64,000 bases of DNA from Hadesarchaea archaeon (GCA_029259175.1 JAPDJH010000001.1:32001-96000); one strand, 5' to 3'. Positions 9,620 to 19,665 are shown, counted from the stretch's first letter. The notes: generated by a model not told the origin, from the letters alone. Numbers and translations are program-made.

Positions 9620-10915
9620 TTGATGAAACTGCTCGTGCGTCCCTCGCGGCTCTCGGGAAAAGTAAGAGCGCCCCCATCGAAATCCTACACCCACCGGGCC
9701 TTCATCATTGCCGCCCTAGCCGAGGGTGAAAGCCGGATTCATCACCCCCTCCTCAGCCTCGATACGCAAGCGACCATTGAGGGAATAAAAGCACTCGGTG
9801 CCCGCGTTGAGCGAAAGGGCGAAGCGTGGATCGTGAGGGGAACTGGAGGACAGGTCCGAGCGAAGCAAAGAGAGATCGATGCCCTGAACTCGGGAACAAC
9901 CCTCAGGATTCTTGCCGCAGTCGGTGCACTCTCCCCAGCCCCTATCCGCCTCACGGGAGATCGCTCGTTGCTCAGACGGCCCATGGGGCCGCTAATCGAT
10001 GCGCTCAAACAGCTCGGAGCCGAGGCGAAATGCCAAGGGGCCAACGGACGACCGCCAGTGGTCGTCGGCGGAGGACTCGAAGGTGGAGAAACCGAAATCA
10101 CCGGCACTGTTAGCTCACAATTCATATCCGCCTTGCTCATCGCTGGCACCCAGGCACGGGAGGATGTGGAGATAACCATAACCGATGAGCTTCGATCCAA
10201 GCCCTACGTCGAAATCACCTTGGATCTGTTGCGAAAGGCCGGGGCGCGCATCAAGCACGACAAATCGCTCATGTGGTTCAAAGTCGAGGGGCGCCAAAGA
10301 CTGAAACCGCTCGACATCGAGATACCAGGTGACTTTTCCTCCGCCAGCTTCGTGCTCGGGGGGGCGGCCCTCACCGGCTCCTGCGTGGAAGTCGACAATC
10401 TGAACTACCGGGGTGTCCAAGGGGATCGGCGCATAGTGGACTATCTTCGCGAATTCGGCGCAGAGGTGGAGGTAAAAACCGGCGCGATCTCGGTTCGTGG
10501 AAGCGAGCTTTCGGGCAGCGAGTTCGACTGTGCCGACACGCCCGATCTCGTTCCAGTGCTAGCTGTGCTCGGCAGTATCGCAGACGGAACCACCGAAATC
10601 CGAAACGTCCCGCATCTCCGGATCAAGGAAAGCGATCGCATCAGAACGCTGACCATTGGGCTCGAGCGCTTGGGAGCACGGGTAAAGGAGCTGGAAGACG
10701 GTTTGAAACTCTTTGGGCGTAAGGGGCTGACGGGGAACACGGTGGACTCCTATGGAGACCACCGGATAGCCATGGCGCTGACGATTGCTGGGCTCGTAGC
10801 CACCGGGCAAACTCTCGTAAGCGGTGCTGAAAGCATTCCCGTATCGTATCCGGGTTTTGTCGACGATTTGAAAAAGCTCGGGGCTCGAATAGAAATTATC
10901 ACTTCTAAACCCTAA
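9620..10915 (+). CDS. aroA: EPSP synthase (3-phosphoshikimate 1-carboxyvinyltransferase)
   Basis: PPSKSYTHR, NSGTTLR, RPM, SSQF, GDFSSA, RIKESDR and DHR motifs all intact. Confidence 0.96.
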   Translation: MMKLLVRPSRLSGKVRAPPSKSYTHRAFIIAALAEGESRIHHPLLSLDTQATIEGIKALGARVERKGEAWIVRGTGGQVRAKQREIDALNSGTTLRILAAVGALSPAPIRLTGDRSLLRRPMGPLIDALKQLGAEAKCQGANGRPPVVVGGGLEGGETEITGTVSSQFISALLIAGTQAREDVEITITDELRSKPYVEITLDLLRKAGARIKHDKSLMWFKVEGRQRLKPLDIEIPGDFSSASFVLGGAALTGSCVEVDNLNYRGVQGDRRIVDYLREFGAEVEVKTGAISVRGSELSGSEFDCADTPDLVPVLAVLGSIADGTTEIRNVPHLRIKESDRIRTLTIGLERLGARVKELEDGLKLFGRKGLTGNTVDSYGDHRIAMALTIAGLVATGQTLVSGAESIPVSYPGFVDDLKKLGARIEIITSKP

Positions 10916-11053
10916 AACACAGCAGCACAAAGCCTGTTTCTAATTTTCACTTACTGTTTGGCTTTCCCAACAGCACGATCGGCGGGTTGTTGGTGTACAG
11001 GCACACAAAGCAACGGTTAAGAGAGTAAAAACAGAAATGAGAGGGGTCAGCAC

Positions 11054-12148
11054 ATGGGAGGAAACTCCTTTGGCACTGCGTTCAAAGTGACCACTTGGGG
11101 GGAGAGCCACGGCAGGGCCGTCGGTGTGGTAGTCGACGGTGTTCCCGCCGGACTCTCGCTCTCGGAAAAAGACATCCAGCGCGAGCTCGACCGGCGCAGA
11201 CCGGGGAGTTCGCGGGTGACGAGTCCTCGGCGCGAACTCGACCGTGTCGAGATCCTCTCCGGAGTTTTTAGAGGAAAAACACTCGGCACCCCCATCTCGA
11301 TGCTCGTGTGGAACAGGGATGTGGACTCCAGACCATATGAGCTGATAAAACGAAAGCCCCGGCCAGGACACGCCGACCTCACCTACTGGCTGAAGTATGG
11401 CCACGTGGACTACCGCGGTGGAGGGCGGGCCTCGGCACGTGAAACCGTGGGGCGAGTAGCCGCTGGCGCGATAGCCAAAAAGCTTCTGGGGCTGAAGAGA
11501 GTGGAGATTCTCGGCCACACGATCGAAGCCGCTGGAGTTTCCGTGGGAAGGGAAATCAAGCCAGCACAGATCAAACGCTATGCCGAAAAAAACGAGATGC
11601 GTTGCGCCGATCCCAAAACGGCAAAGAAAATGCTTCAAGCGGTCTTGGATGCTGCCTCCCGAGGGGACACCACAGGAGGGGTGGTAGAGGTGATCGCCTT
11701 AAACGTCCCCGCTGGACTTGGCGAACCGGTCTTCGACAAACTGGATGCGGATCTCGCAAAGGCAATGATGTCGATCGGCGCGGTCAAAGCTGTTGAGATG
11801 GGAGCCGGCCGAGACTTCTCCACCATGCTGGGCTCCGAAGCCAACGATCCCATTTCCGTTCGTCGAGGGCGAATCGTAACATTGACGAACAAAGCCGGGG
11901 GAATCTTGGGTGGGATCTCAACCGGCATGCCAATCCGTGTGAGGATAACAGTAAAGCCGCCGTCATCGATCCGTAAACCCCAAACGACTGTCGATCTTGA
12001 AACATGGAAGGAAACTGAACTCAAACTTGCAGGACGGTTTGACCCGAACCTCTGTCCACGCGTTGTACCTGTTGCTGAAGCGATGATGGCCATAGTGCTC
12101 GCAGACCACATGTTGCGAGCGGGCATCATCAACCCGAACCAAGTCTAG
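11054..12148 (+). CDS. aroC: Chorismate synthase
   Basis: GESHG, RPGHAD, RASARET and GGILGGIS motifs. Confidence 0.96.
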   Translation: MGGNSFGTAFKVTTWGESHGRAVGVVVDGVPAGLSLSEKDIQRELDRRRPGSSRVTSPRRELDRVEILSGVFRGKTLGTPISMLVWNRDVDSRPYELIKRKPRPGHADLTYWLKYGHVDYRGGGRASARETVGRVAAGAIAKKLLGLKRVEILGHTIEAAGVSVGREIKPAQIKRYAEKNEMRCADPKTAKKMLQAVLDAASRGDTTGGVVEVIALNVPAGLGEPVFDKLDADLAKAMMSIGAVKAVEMGAGRDFSTMLGSEANDPISVRRGRIVTLTNKAGGILGGISTGMPIRVRITVKPPSSIRKPQTTVDLETWKETELKLAGRFDPNLCPRVVPVAEAMMAIVLADHMLRAGIINPNQV

Positions 12149-13026
12149 TGAGGCGAGCAGGATTGTACAGTGTTGGAATCGCGTCGGCTTGCGCCTCAGC
12201 TACGATTGTGAATGCTTTGGCGACTGGAAAGGGCGCTGCCTTTGGGATAGAGCTGCGTGTGTACGCTCGGGTCGAAATCGGAGACAAATTGCGTGGAGTA
12301 AAGGGGCGCGTGGAAGGGAAAACGTGTGATCCGCGGCTTGTCGAACTTTGCGTCGAAAAAGTGCTCAAACGCGTTGGCATCTCAGCGGGGGCGAGAGTCC
12401 ACACGACTTCAGATATTCCGATCGCCGTTGGGTTGTCCAGCAGCAGCGCCGCCGCGAACGCTGCAACGCTCGCTACCTATGCGGCTCTCGGAGAAAAACC
12501 GAGCGAAAAAGAAATACTAAACATCGGGATCGAAGCCGCCTTTGACGCTGGCGTAACGCTGACGGGTGCGCTTGACGATGCCGCGGCTTCTCTTTTGGGA
12601 TGCGGGGTGGTGACCCACAATCTGAAACGCAAGATTCTGAAAAGAGTGCGCATACCGAAAAAGTACAAGGTCGCCGTTTTAGTACCCAAGCGCCGCATAT
12701 ATACCGCTGCTCTCGCCCGGAAGGACTTCTCCCGAATAGCATCCGGAGTAGACGAGGCTCATCGACTTGCACTTTCTGGAGAAATATGGCCGGCAATGAT
12801 TCTCAACGGACTGCTGTATTCATACTCGCTTGACATTGACCCCTCGCCAGCTCTCGAAGCTCTGCGCTCCGGCGCGGTGGGCGCCGGACTGACAGGCACG
12901 GGGCCGGCAGTCGTTGCAGTAGGCGAACTCGACGCCATCTTGGAAACCGTGCGCCTCTGGAGGAAAAGGAAGGAAACCATAATCTTAACAGCACCCGCAC
13001 AGAAAGGAGGGAGGGTGGAAACATAG
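12148..13026 (+). CDS. aroK: Archaeal shikimate kinase (GHMP family)
   Basis: NALATGKGAAFGI, PIAVGLSSSSA, TGALDD and GLTGTGP motifs. Confidence 0.92.
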   Translation: MRRAGLYSVGIASACASATIVNALATGKGAAFGIELRVYARVEIGDKLRGVKGRVEGKTCDPRLVELCVEKVLKRVGISAGARVHTTSDIPIAVGLSSSSAAANAATLATYAALGEKPSEKEILNIGIEAAFDAGVTLTGALDDAAASLLGCGVVTHNLKRKILKRVRIPKKYKVAVLVPKRRIYTAALARKDFSRIASGVDEAHRLALSGEIWPAMILNGLLYSYSLDIDPSPALEALRSGAVGAGLTGTGPAVVAVGELDAILETVRLWRKRKETIILTAPAQKGGRVET

Positions 13027-13814
13027 CAGTAAGCAAGGAACTCAAAGCCCTGCGCCAGCAAATTGACAGGATCGACCAGAGCATCCTCGAATTGGTTGCA
13101 CAGCGCCTGAAGCTGGCCAATCAGATAGCCCAACTCAAAAGCAGGCTGAAACTGCCGGTAACGGATGAAGTACGGGAACAAAAGGTGCTCTCACGGATTC
13201 GAAAAAAAGCAGCGGAACTCCGGATCGACCGCGACATGGCGGAATCGCTCATCCGTTATCTGATGGCGTGGTCGGTGGGAAAACAGCGGGAGCGAATAGA
13301 AAGCCCATCCGTGTGGTCTCGAATCAATCAGGTATTCGAAAACTATCCTGCCCAGCTGGAGGTGGTGAAGTTCTTGCTAAAACACGGGCTTCACGTCGGA
13401 GACGATGAAAACATATACTGTGAGGAAATCAAGATTCCCTTTACACAGATAGCCCGCCACATCGGTGTTGATCGGCGCACGGTCGAGATGACCGCCAAAA
13501 AGATCTTGGAAGATCCACAGCTGAAAAATATCTTTCAGAACTTGGAATCCACGGCATTTCTCCGCCGAGTCGCTAGAGAGCTGAATCTAGGAGTGATCGA
13601 GATAATCCCCGATGACGCTGCAAAGCCGGGCATAGTCAAGAGCGTAGCCGAAGTGGTGTCCAACGCGGGAATAAGCATCCGGCAGGTAGTCACAGACGAT
13701 CCCCACTTGAGCACCGCGCCCAAGCTGACGGTCATAACTGAGTGCCCAGTGAAGGGCGAGGTCATAGACGCTCTCAAAAAAATCCCCCACATCCGGAGCA
13801 TCATCGTGTATTGA
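13023..13814 (+). CDS. Chorismate mutase (AroQ-type) fused to an HTH+ACT regulator-like domain; probable ATA start
   Basis: The open frame upstream of the called TTG encodes ELKALRQQIDRIDQSILELVAQR (CM helix 1); C-terminal IARHIGVDRRTV HTH and PGIV...GISIRQ ACT-like segment. Confidence 0.85.
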   Translation: MAVSKELKALRQQIDRIDQSILELVAQRLKLANQIAQLKSRLKLPVTDEVREQKVLSRIRKKAAELRIDRDMAESLIRYLMAWSVGKQRERIESPSVWSRINQVFENYPAQLEVVKFLLKHGLHVGDDENIYCEEIKIPFTQIARHIGVDRRTVEMTAKKILEDPQLKNIFQNLESTAFLRRVARELNLGVIEIIPDDAAKPGIVKSVAEVVSNAGISIRQVVTDDPHLSTAPKLTVITECPVKGEVIDALKKIPHIRSIIVY

Positions 13815-13827
13815 GGAGACCCAAAAC

Positions 13828-14568
13828 ATGCGCATCCCCACGCTTCGATTCGGCAGCATCGAAAGACCTGCAAACGTGCGTCGCGTTGCCGACATGGCGG
13901 ATGTCATCTTAGATCAGGAATGGGCCGCTAAAAACCAAGACTTACCGCTCTACTATATGTATCGGGATCTGTGGTTTGAAGAAGACCGAGAGCTCATCAT
14001 GCGCCACGATCTTCGCTACGACATTACGGTCATTCCTCCGCTCGTGATGGGGAAGGAGCTGGTGAAAACCAAGGGGCACTATCACCCCGAATGTGCCCCG
14101 GGCATAACCTATCCCGAAATCTACGAGGTCGTGGAAGGACGAGCGCACTTCTTGCTCCAGAAATCCGAAGGGGACAAAATCGTAGATGCTGTGCTGGTCG
14201 AAGCGAAGAAGGGCGACAAGCTGGTCATTCCGCCCAACTACGGCCATGTGACCATCAATCCGGGGCCGAACACTTTAAAACTGGCCAACTGGGTGAGCCG
14301 CGCGTTTTCATCCCTCTACGATGAGTACGTCAAAAAGCGTGGAGCAGCGTATTACGAGCTGGTCGACGGGACCCTCACGCCCAACCCCCACTATGGCGAC
14401 GTTCCCCAGCTGAGAAGATTGAAAGCTGTTGAGATTCCAGAACTAGGAATAGAAAGAGCACGGGATTTGTATTCGCTCATCAAAAACCCAGAACGTCTGG
14501 CTTTTCTGAACCGGCCACAGGAGTTCACATGGTTGTTCGCACGAACCTTGGAACGGACTACATCTTGA
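13828..14568 (+). CDS. pgiA: Cupin-type glucose-6-phosphate isomerase
   Basis: LRYDITVIPP, KTKGHYH, YPEIYEV and PPNYGH motifs. Confidence 0.88.
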   Translation: MRIPTLRFGSIERPANVRRVADMADVILDQEWAAKNQDLPLYYMYRDLWFEEDRELIMRHDLRYDITVIPPLVMGKELVKTKGHYHPECAPGITYPEIYEVVEGRAHFLLQKSEGDKIVDAVLVEAKKGDKLVIPPNYGHVTINPGPNTLKLANWVSRAFSSLYDEYVKKRGAAYYELVDGTLTPNPHYGDVPQLRRLKAVEIPELGIERARDLYSLIKNPERLAFLNRPQEFTWLFARTLERTTS

Positions 14569-14848
14569 CTAGCTGAGCGTGTGGGACCCCCTGAAACCTA
14601 AAAACACAGCGCCGGTCGATTAATCCTGCTTTGATGGCGTGTTCAACGATGGAGCCCACAAGGTTGGCAATCGTGGCGTCTTCGAGGGCCCGCATGCATT
14701 CCTCGATGCTTGCTTCGCGGCCCCTGTAGAAGCTCTCCTTGACCTCCAGCTTCATTTTCCGGTGTCTGAAGGTTTTCCCCAGCAGCTCTCGATCACAAAC
14801 GATCACCAAAGTCTCTCCGCGGGTGCGAACGACCCTCAGCAGAGGCAT
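14558..14848 (-). CDS. DUF424 family protein
   Basis: CDxELLGK, FYxG, NLVG and GVPHAQ motifs. Confidence 0.85.
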   Translation of the reverse strand: MPLLRVVRTRGETLVIVCDRELLGKTFRHRKMKLEVKESFYRGREASIEECMRALEDATIANLVGSIVEHAIKAGLIDRRCVFRFQGVPHAQLVKM

Positions 14849-15259
14849 TCACGTCCCTCGAACCGGAGTCCTTGCCCCACACGCCTCGCAGCGCAACACC
14901 AGAATCCGATCGATTTTCTCAAGGCGGGTATCGGGTTTTCCACATTCCTTGCACAGCACGTATTCTTGCACGTAGCGATTTATCCTCTCCTGAATCACGC
15001 CGGGCGGGAATTTGCCTTGGACCACAAGCTGATTTTCCTTTAGCGCCCCGGCTGCTGCGAGTTCGCGAAGCAGGAACTTCGCCAGATGTGTCGGATCACG
15101 GTTCAGCGCCGAGGCAACAGAGCGAAGGTTCTTCACCACTGTCTGACTTCCCGCCACGGTCACTTCAGCCTCCGGGATCTGAAAACGTGTGTCGCTCTTC
15201 GAGGTCTTTGGGAGGCTCTGAAAAGCCCGCTCCAGCAGCTCCTCGTACTCATCCATCAC
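14849..15259 (-). CDS. eif2b: Translation initiation factor aIF-2 beta
   Basis: YEELLERA, LNRDP and C2-C2 zinc ribbon CKECGKPDT...CEACGA. Confidence 0.95.
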   Translation of the reverse strand: MMDEYEELLERAFQSLPKTSKSDTRFQIPEAEVTVAGSQTVVKNLRSVASALNRDPTHLAKFLLRELAAAGALKENQLVVQGKFPPGVIQERINRYVQEYVLCKECGKPDTRLEKIDRILVLRCEACGARTPVRGT

Positions 15260-15957
15260 ACCACCCTGTACCTGCCAGATTCTGGCTCATAAATGCGCCC
15301 GTCAGCCAAGAGCTCGCGCAACGCCTCGTCCACTTCGCGAGGTGCGAGGTCCACCCGATCATAGATCTCCGAGATCGTTACACCCGAGGGGAACTGTTTC
15401 ACCACTTCTAACACTTTCTCTTTCAAGGACTCGTCTACTCCACCCCCCTGCTGAGGGGCCGTCTCCGGAGAGGTCTGTTTTTCGATGACCACTTGGGTGG
15501 GCTCCGGTTCTGGTTCAACAGAAGGTCGCGCGCCGCATGCTAGCATTTTTCTTCGCTCGCGGACGATTTCGAGAACGCGAACCGTCTCCCAGTTGGGATC
15601 TCGCACTTTGATTATCGTTTCGGGAGCCAAGTACACCTCTCCCTCGAACTCGCGAACCCGGCCAATCACGTCTACCAAATCGCCCACGTTTGTGTCCGAT
15701 ATCTTGTCCACATCCTTTCCCCAGACCTTGACCCGGATAATCCCGCTGCCGTCGTCCAGAGTAAAAGTCCCGTAGCTCCCGTCCTCTCGTATGAACTTGT
15801 CTACCACTGTCCCCATCACCCGGGCCCTCGTCAGCTGTACGCCCCAAGGAGTTACCAGATGTGCTGGCTCCGTTCCGTCCTCTGATCGCTTGTACTCGCC
15901 GGTAACAAGCTCTTCGATCCTCACCTTGCGTGCCACTGGTCTCATCCGCACGACCAC
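15256..15957 (-). CDS. RPA32-like OB-fold ssDNA-binding protein with C-terminal winged helix
   Basis: LDDGSG OB-fold motif; C-terminal GRIYEP wH. Confidence 0.8.
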   Translation of the reverse strand: MVVRMRPVARKVRIEELVTGEYKRSEDGTEPAHLVTPWGVQLTRARVMGTVVDKFIREDGSYGTFTLDDGSGIIRVKVWGKDVDKISDTNVGDLVDVIGRVREFEGEVYLAPETIIKVRDPNWETVRVLEIVRERRKMLACGARPSVEPEPEPTQVVIEKQTSPETAPQQGGGVDESLKEKVLEVVKQFPSGVTISEIYDRVDLAPREVDEALRELLADGRIYEPESGRYRVV

Positions 15958-16037
15958 CTAAATGTGGAGGGCTGGACTTATGAATTTCACTATGGGGGCA
16001 AAGGAGAGTTATAGGTGAAGAGGCAAATGGTGAAACG

Positions 16038-16565
16038 ATGCGCATCTACCGAGTGGCCGGAATGCGAAAGGTCGTGGGTGTGGAAGGCGGAAAAGGGAGG
16101 GTGAAAGATCCCGAGGAGCTGATCGAAAAAGCCAGGGTGATAGGGAAACGCAACGCCACTATTCTGCAGGTATTCGATGCCGAATACATAGCGGGGCCTA
16201 TCCATCTCGTCCACGCTGTTCGTCAAGCCCTGCTCGCCATGCGCACCGGCGAAATGCGGGCTCAGTCTCCCGATCTTGAAATCCTCCGATGGGCGGCAGT
16301 GGAAAAGGAGATCCGCCGTGCCATAGCCAAGGTGGGGGTGCACGAATCCACTCGAAACTTTGCATTCGTGTGCGTCGGAGAAAATACCAAGTCCGTGCGG
16401 AACTCCATAACAACCCTCCTGAACGAATTCGGTATCAAACCCACGAACACCGCTCTCAAGCTCACCCGGAAAAAGGCCGAGCTAATCAAGCAGAAGTACG
16501 GGATAAAGGAGAACAGGGTGGAGGAAAAGATGATCGAGCTAATCGCGGGGCTGGCGCTCGTTTAG
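16038..16565 (+). CDS. cgi121: KEOPS complex subunit Cgi121
   Basis: Q-x-F-D-A, H-L-x-x-A, EILRWAA...IRRAI pattern. Confidence 0.8.
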   Translation: MRIYRVAGMRKVVGVEGGKGRVKDPEELIEKARVIGKRNATILQVFDAEYIAGPIHLVHAVRQALLAMRTGEMRAQSPDLEILRWAAVEKEIRRAIAKVGVHESTRNFAFVCVGENTKSVRNSITTLLNEFGIKPTNTALKLTRKKAELIKQKYGIKENRVEEKMIELIAGLALV

Positions 16566-16844
16566 GAACTGAGTGAAAGTATCGTCTCGCTCCACATCGA
16601 TCAGTTTCGCACAAGAAGGAGGGATCGGCTGTTCTGAGACTTTTAGATTGCCCTCGTCATCGATCGACACGTACTTCCCGTTCAGCGGTTTCTCGCTTTT
16701 CGTCGCGATGCAGAGAAGCTCGCTCTCGACTCCTGCATACACGTAATAATAATGAGCGTCATTGGCCACATAATGGAAGATCCATCCGTAAGCCCGCGCT
16801 ATGTTTACTATGTCCTCCAGATCGCGACACCACACGATCCTCAT
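16539..16844 (-). CDS. Hypothetical protein
   Basis: 101-aa ORF with ATGA overlap to the upstream gene; protein-like composition. Confidence 0.6.
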   Translation of the reverse strand: MRIVWCRDLEDIVNIARAYGWIFHYVANDAHYYYVYAGVESELLCIATKSEKPLNGKYVSIDDEGNLKVSEQPIPPSCAKLIDVERDDTFTQFLNERQPRD

Positions 16845-18013
16845 TCTCCAGCTCCCTCTCGTATTGCTGTTTCAACACCTGTTTTGCTCCCGCGCAGGAA
16901 AAGAACGTCACCAGGTCTGATCTTGAAATTCCGCCCCGGTCTCACAACGTATCGCCGGCCGCGCTTCACCATGAAGACGTATACCCCCAGTCGCTTCCAC
17001 AGAGCAAGTTCACCGAGAGGCCTGCCAGCGAAAGAAGAACCAACACTCACGGTAGTCCGGCCTATCTGCTCTTGGGAATCGCTGAGTACCGTCGAGAACA
17101 ACGGGTGGAGCTCCTCTTGCCGGCGCACCACGTCCGCAATGGTGTCTGCGGCATCTGATATGCGCTCCATGGAGCGCACGAGCTGCAAGACACTATTGAG
17201 TTTTTTCAAGTTTGGTTCATGGCGTGCTGCCCTCAGAGTCTCCAACCACAGAGAGTAGTTGAGCTTGTCAAACTTTTCCTCTAGATCTCGCACCTCCTCC
17301 GAGATCTCCCTGGAGTTAAACAGGAGAGAGGAGTACGCCATATCCACCATAGCCACGGTCAGGTCCTTCATCTCGGCTAGCGCCTTCCTGAGAGATCTCA
17401 GCCCATCGCGCTGCCGCACAGGGCGCCCGCTGGGCTTGCTACCGGACATCCGGCAGAGCTCGGCCACTCCCTCGCGCGGGCCTTTAGAGAGCATCACGTC
17501 GCCAGCCTCTATTTGCGTGTCGCTGGGGGGTGACAATATCCACTGTTTGCCCTTCCTGAGACCAAACGTCCAGACACCTATTCGGGACGGCAAGCGAAGA
17601 TCTCTGAAGGTCTTTCCGGCGAGCTCCGAGTTTTCGGCCACCTTTATCTTGACCATCTGCTCGTCGGAAATCGTGAACGCCTCCTTCACCACCGGGTGAA
17701 TTTTCAGACCCCTGCGGATGATGTCAGCGATGTCACCCGTCGCGTTCGAAATGGCTTCGGCGCCGCTCGCCACCTGAAGCATGCCGGTTATCTGGCGGGC
17801 CTCGTCCACATTTCGCGTAACGACAGCTGCCACCGCTCGAATGTCATACATCAGCTCATCCATGCGCTCCTCCAGCTGGGACATGTAGCGGGCGAGCTCG
17901 CGATCCTCAAAAAACACTGTCGCATATGCTAGATCCACCATCAGGTCGGAGACGTCCTTCATCTGAGTGAGCAGCTCACGAACATTCGGTGGCTCCACGT
18001 CCTCGCCGTTCAC
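16841..18013 (-). CDS. Tandem PhoU + TrkA-C (RCK_C) domain protein
   Basis: Two internal repeats of MKDxxxxMVDxAY...ExISxAxxxIA, each followed by a TrkA-C (S-x-L/F-A-G...I-x-x-G-D) domain. Confidence 0.85.
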   Translation of the reverse strand: MNGEDVEPPNVRELLTQMKDVSDLMVDLAYATVFFEDRELARYMSQLEERMDELMYDIRAVAAVVTRNVDEARQITGMLQVASGAEAISNATGDIADIIRRGLKIHPVVKEAFTISDEQMVKIKVAENSELAGKTFRDLRLPSRIGVWTFGLRKGKQWILSPPSDTQIEAGDVMLSKGPREGVAELCRMSGSKPSGRPVRQRDGLRSLRKALAEMKDLTVAMVDMAYSSLLFNSREISEEVRDLEEKFDKLNYSLWLETLRAARHEPNLKKLNSVLQLVRSMERISDAADTIADVVRRQEELHPLFSTVLSDSQEQIGRTTVSVGSSFAGRPLGELALWKRLGVYVFMVKRGRRYVVRPGRNFKIRPGDVLFLRGSKTGVETAIREGAGE

Positions 18014-18146
18014 TCAGCAACCCCACTATCCCTATTAGAGCCTCCTCATATAACTTCAACCATGCGCGCGGACACGGGGCTGGCGGTTCAGGTTCGGCTT
18101 GACCACGCGGACCCAAAAACATGTACAATTTGGGCTACTTGCAAGC

Positions 18147-18234
18147 TGGTGCGGGGGAGGGGATTTGAACCCCCGAACCCCTACGGGACCAGCCCCTCAA
18201 GCTGGCACCTTTGACCTGACTCGGCCACCCCCGC
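18147..18234 (-). tRNA. tRNA-Leu(GAG), CCA encoded
   Basis: Reverse complement GCGGGGGTGGCCGAG...CCAGC-TT-GAG-GG-GCTGG, long variable arm, GTTCAAATCC...CCCCCGCACCA. Confidence 0.96.
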
Positions 18235-18363
18235 ACCGGTAGAGTTCTTGGAAGTGGGGGGATTAGAAGGTTTCCTTTGCTGTGCTACCAACTCATCCAT
18301 GCTCGCTGAACTCATCAGTTCAGATTTATTACGGGCAAACGGGGAATAGCTTATGGAGTCTGG

Positions 18364-19650
18364 ATGCCGTCAAAAGCCCTCCTCGCAGTTGGAATTCTGA
18401 CAGTGATAGTTTTCAGCGGACTTGCCCTCCTAGTCCTGATCCGCCTCCCAGCTGAAAACCAAGAAACGCCTCCTCATGAAACTTTTCCTCAACAACCCCC
18501 AGCCACCCCGCCCGCAGAAGAAGTGAAGTTCACACACTTGCCTGTGAATCTTGACTTGCTGTGCCAGCTCGATGAGCAAAGCGGAGACATCCCAATCGCC
18601 CCCTATCACTGCTACTTCTACTTCACTACGCACATCGAAGGAGCCCGCAAATGGTATTTCAAAGCTCCGGACGACTATCCTGCTTGGAGCGACAATCTAG
18701 TGAAAGTTTATCTGCCCGCGAGAGGTACGGTGAGGAGTGACGACATCGATGTTTCTGATGAGCACACCATTTTGGAAGGCGAGCAGGTATTCGTGAACAC
18801 ACAAGTAGACTTCGACCTTGGATCTGGAGTCGAGATATGCTTTGACCACTTGGCCCTGCGGAAGTCCATCAAGAACGAGGTGGACGAGTGCGGCTCCGTG
18901 ACCTACGAGGCCGGAACTCACATCGGCTACCTCTACTATCCGGACGGAAACCACACGCTCGACTTCGAAGTGCTGGACGAGAGCTTCAACGCGGGCATCA
19001 CACCCGACCCGAACGATCGAAACAACTGGAGCGCCAACCCGCTCGACTACTTCACACCAGAGCTCAGAAACCACATCCTCGAAAAATACGCACCGTTCTA
19101 CGACCGAATGGTGCAGAGCGGGGAGTACCCGTTCTCGGATCTCACAGACAACCGTGGAAACGTGACCATCCCCGGAACGATCTGGGGTGTTTGGTTCCGC
19201 GACGACTTTGAAGGCGAAGTCGGGCGCGATGTGGACCCTGCCTCGGAGGCTTGGACCATCGTAACCCTGCTCGAACGCAGCGTGTTCAACCCCGAGACCT
19301 ACTGGAAAGTGCTACAAGAGACTCCACCTATCTCAGGAATCATGCTTGAGGAGTGGGAGGGCTGGAGTCCCTCTCAAACCGTGAAACTTTACGACCAACA
19401 ACCCCTAGGAACAACCAAATTTTACATCGTCTCAGGAGATAACCGTGAGGGAGTGGCAAAAATCGTCGGCTACTACTCCAACGATCAGCGTGTGTTTTAC
19501 CTGAAATTCAAGCTCGTGGAAAACACAAGCAGCGTGTTCGATGACAAACTGGTGATGGAGGGCTTTTCCAGCCAAGCAGAGGCTGAACAAAGCGAGTTCT
19601 CCGACAAAGCCGTGACTTTCCGGAGAACCCCATCTAAACTCAGCTTATGA
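18364..19650 (+). CDS. Membrane-anchored acidic extracellular protein with a degenerate M23-peptidase-like segment
   Basis: N-terminal TM helix, Pro-rich linker, VYLPARGTV / GTHIGY / HTLDFEV / NPLDYF pattern. Confidence 0.6.
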   Translation: MPSKALLAVGILTVIVFSGLALLVLIRLPAENQETPPHETFPQQPPATPPAEEVKFTHLPVNLDLLCQLDEQSGDIPIAPYHCYFYFTTHIEGARKWYFKAPDDYPAWSDNLVKVYLPARGTVRSDDIDVSDEHTILEGEQVFVNTQVDFDLGSGVEICFDHLALRKSIKNEVDECGSVTYEAGTHIGYLYYPDGNHTLDFEVLDESFNAGITPDPNDRNNWSANPLDYFTPELRNHILEKYAPFYDRMVQSGEYPFSDLTDNRGNVTIPGTIWGVWFRDDFEGEVGRDVDPASEAWTIVTLLERSVFNPETYWKVLQETPPISGIMLEEWEGWSPSQTVKLYDQQPLGTTKFYIVSGDNREGVAKIVGYYSNDQRVFYLKFKLVENTSSVFDDKLVMEGFSSQAEAEQSEFSDKAVTFRRTPSKLSL

Positions 19651-19665
19651 GCTCGCTCGGATCGT

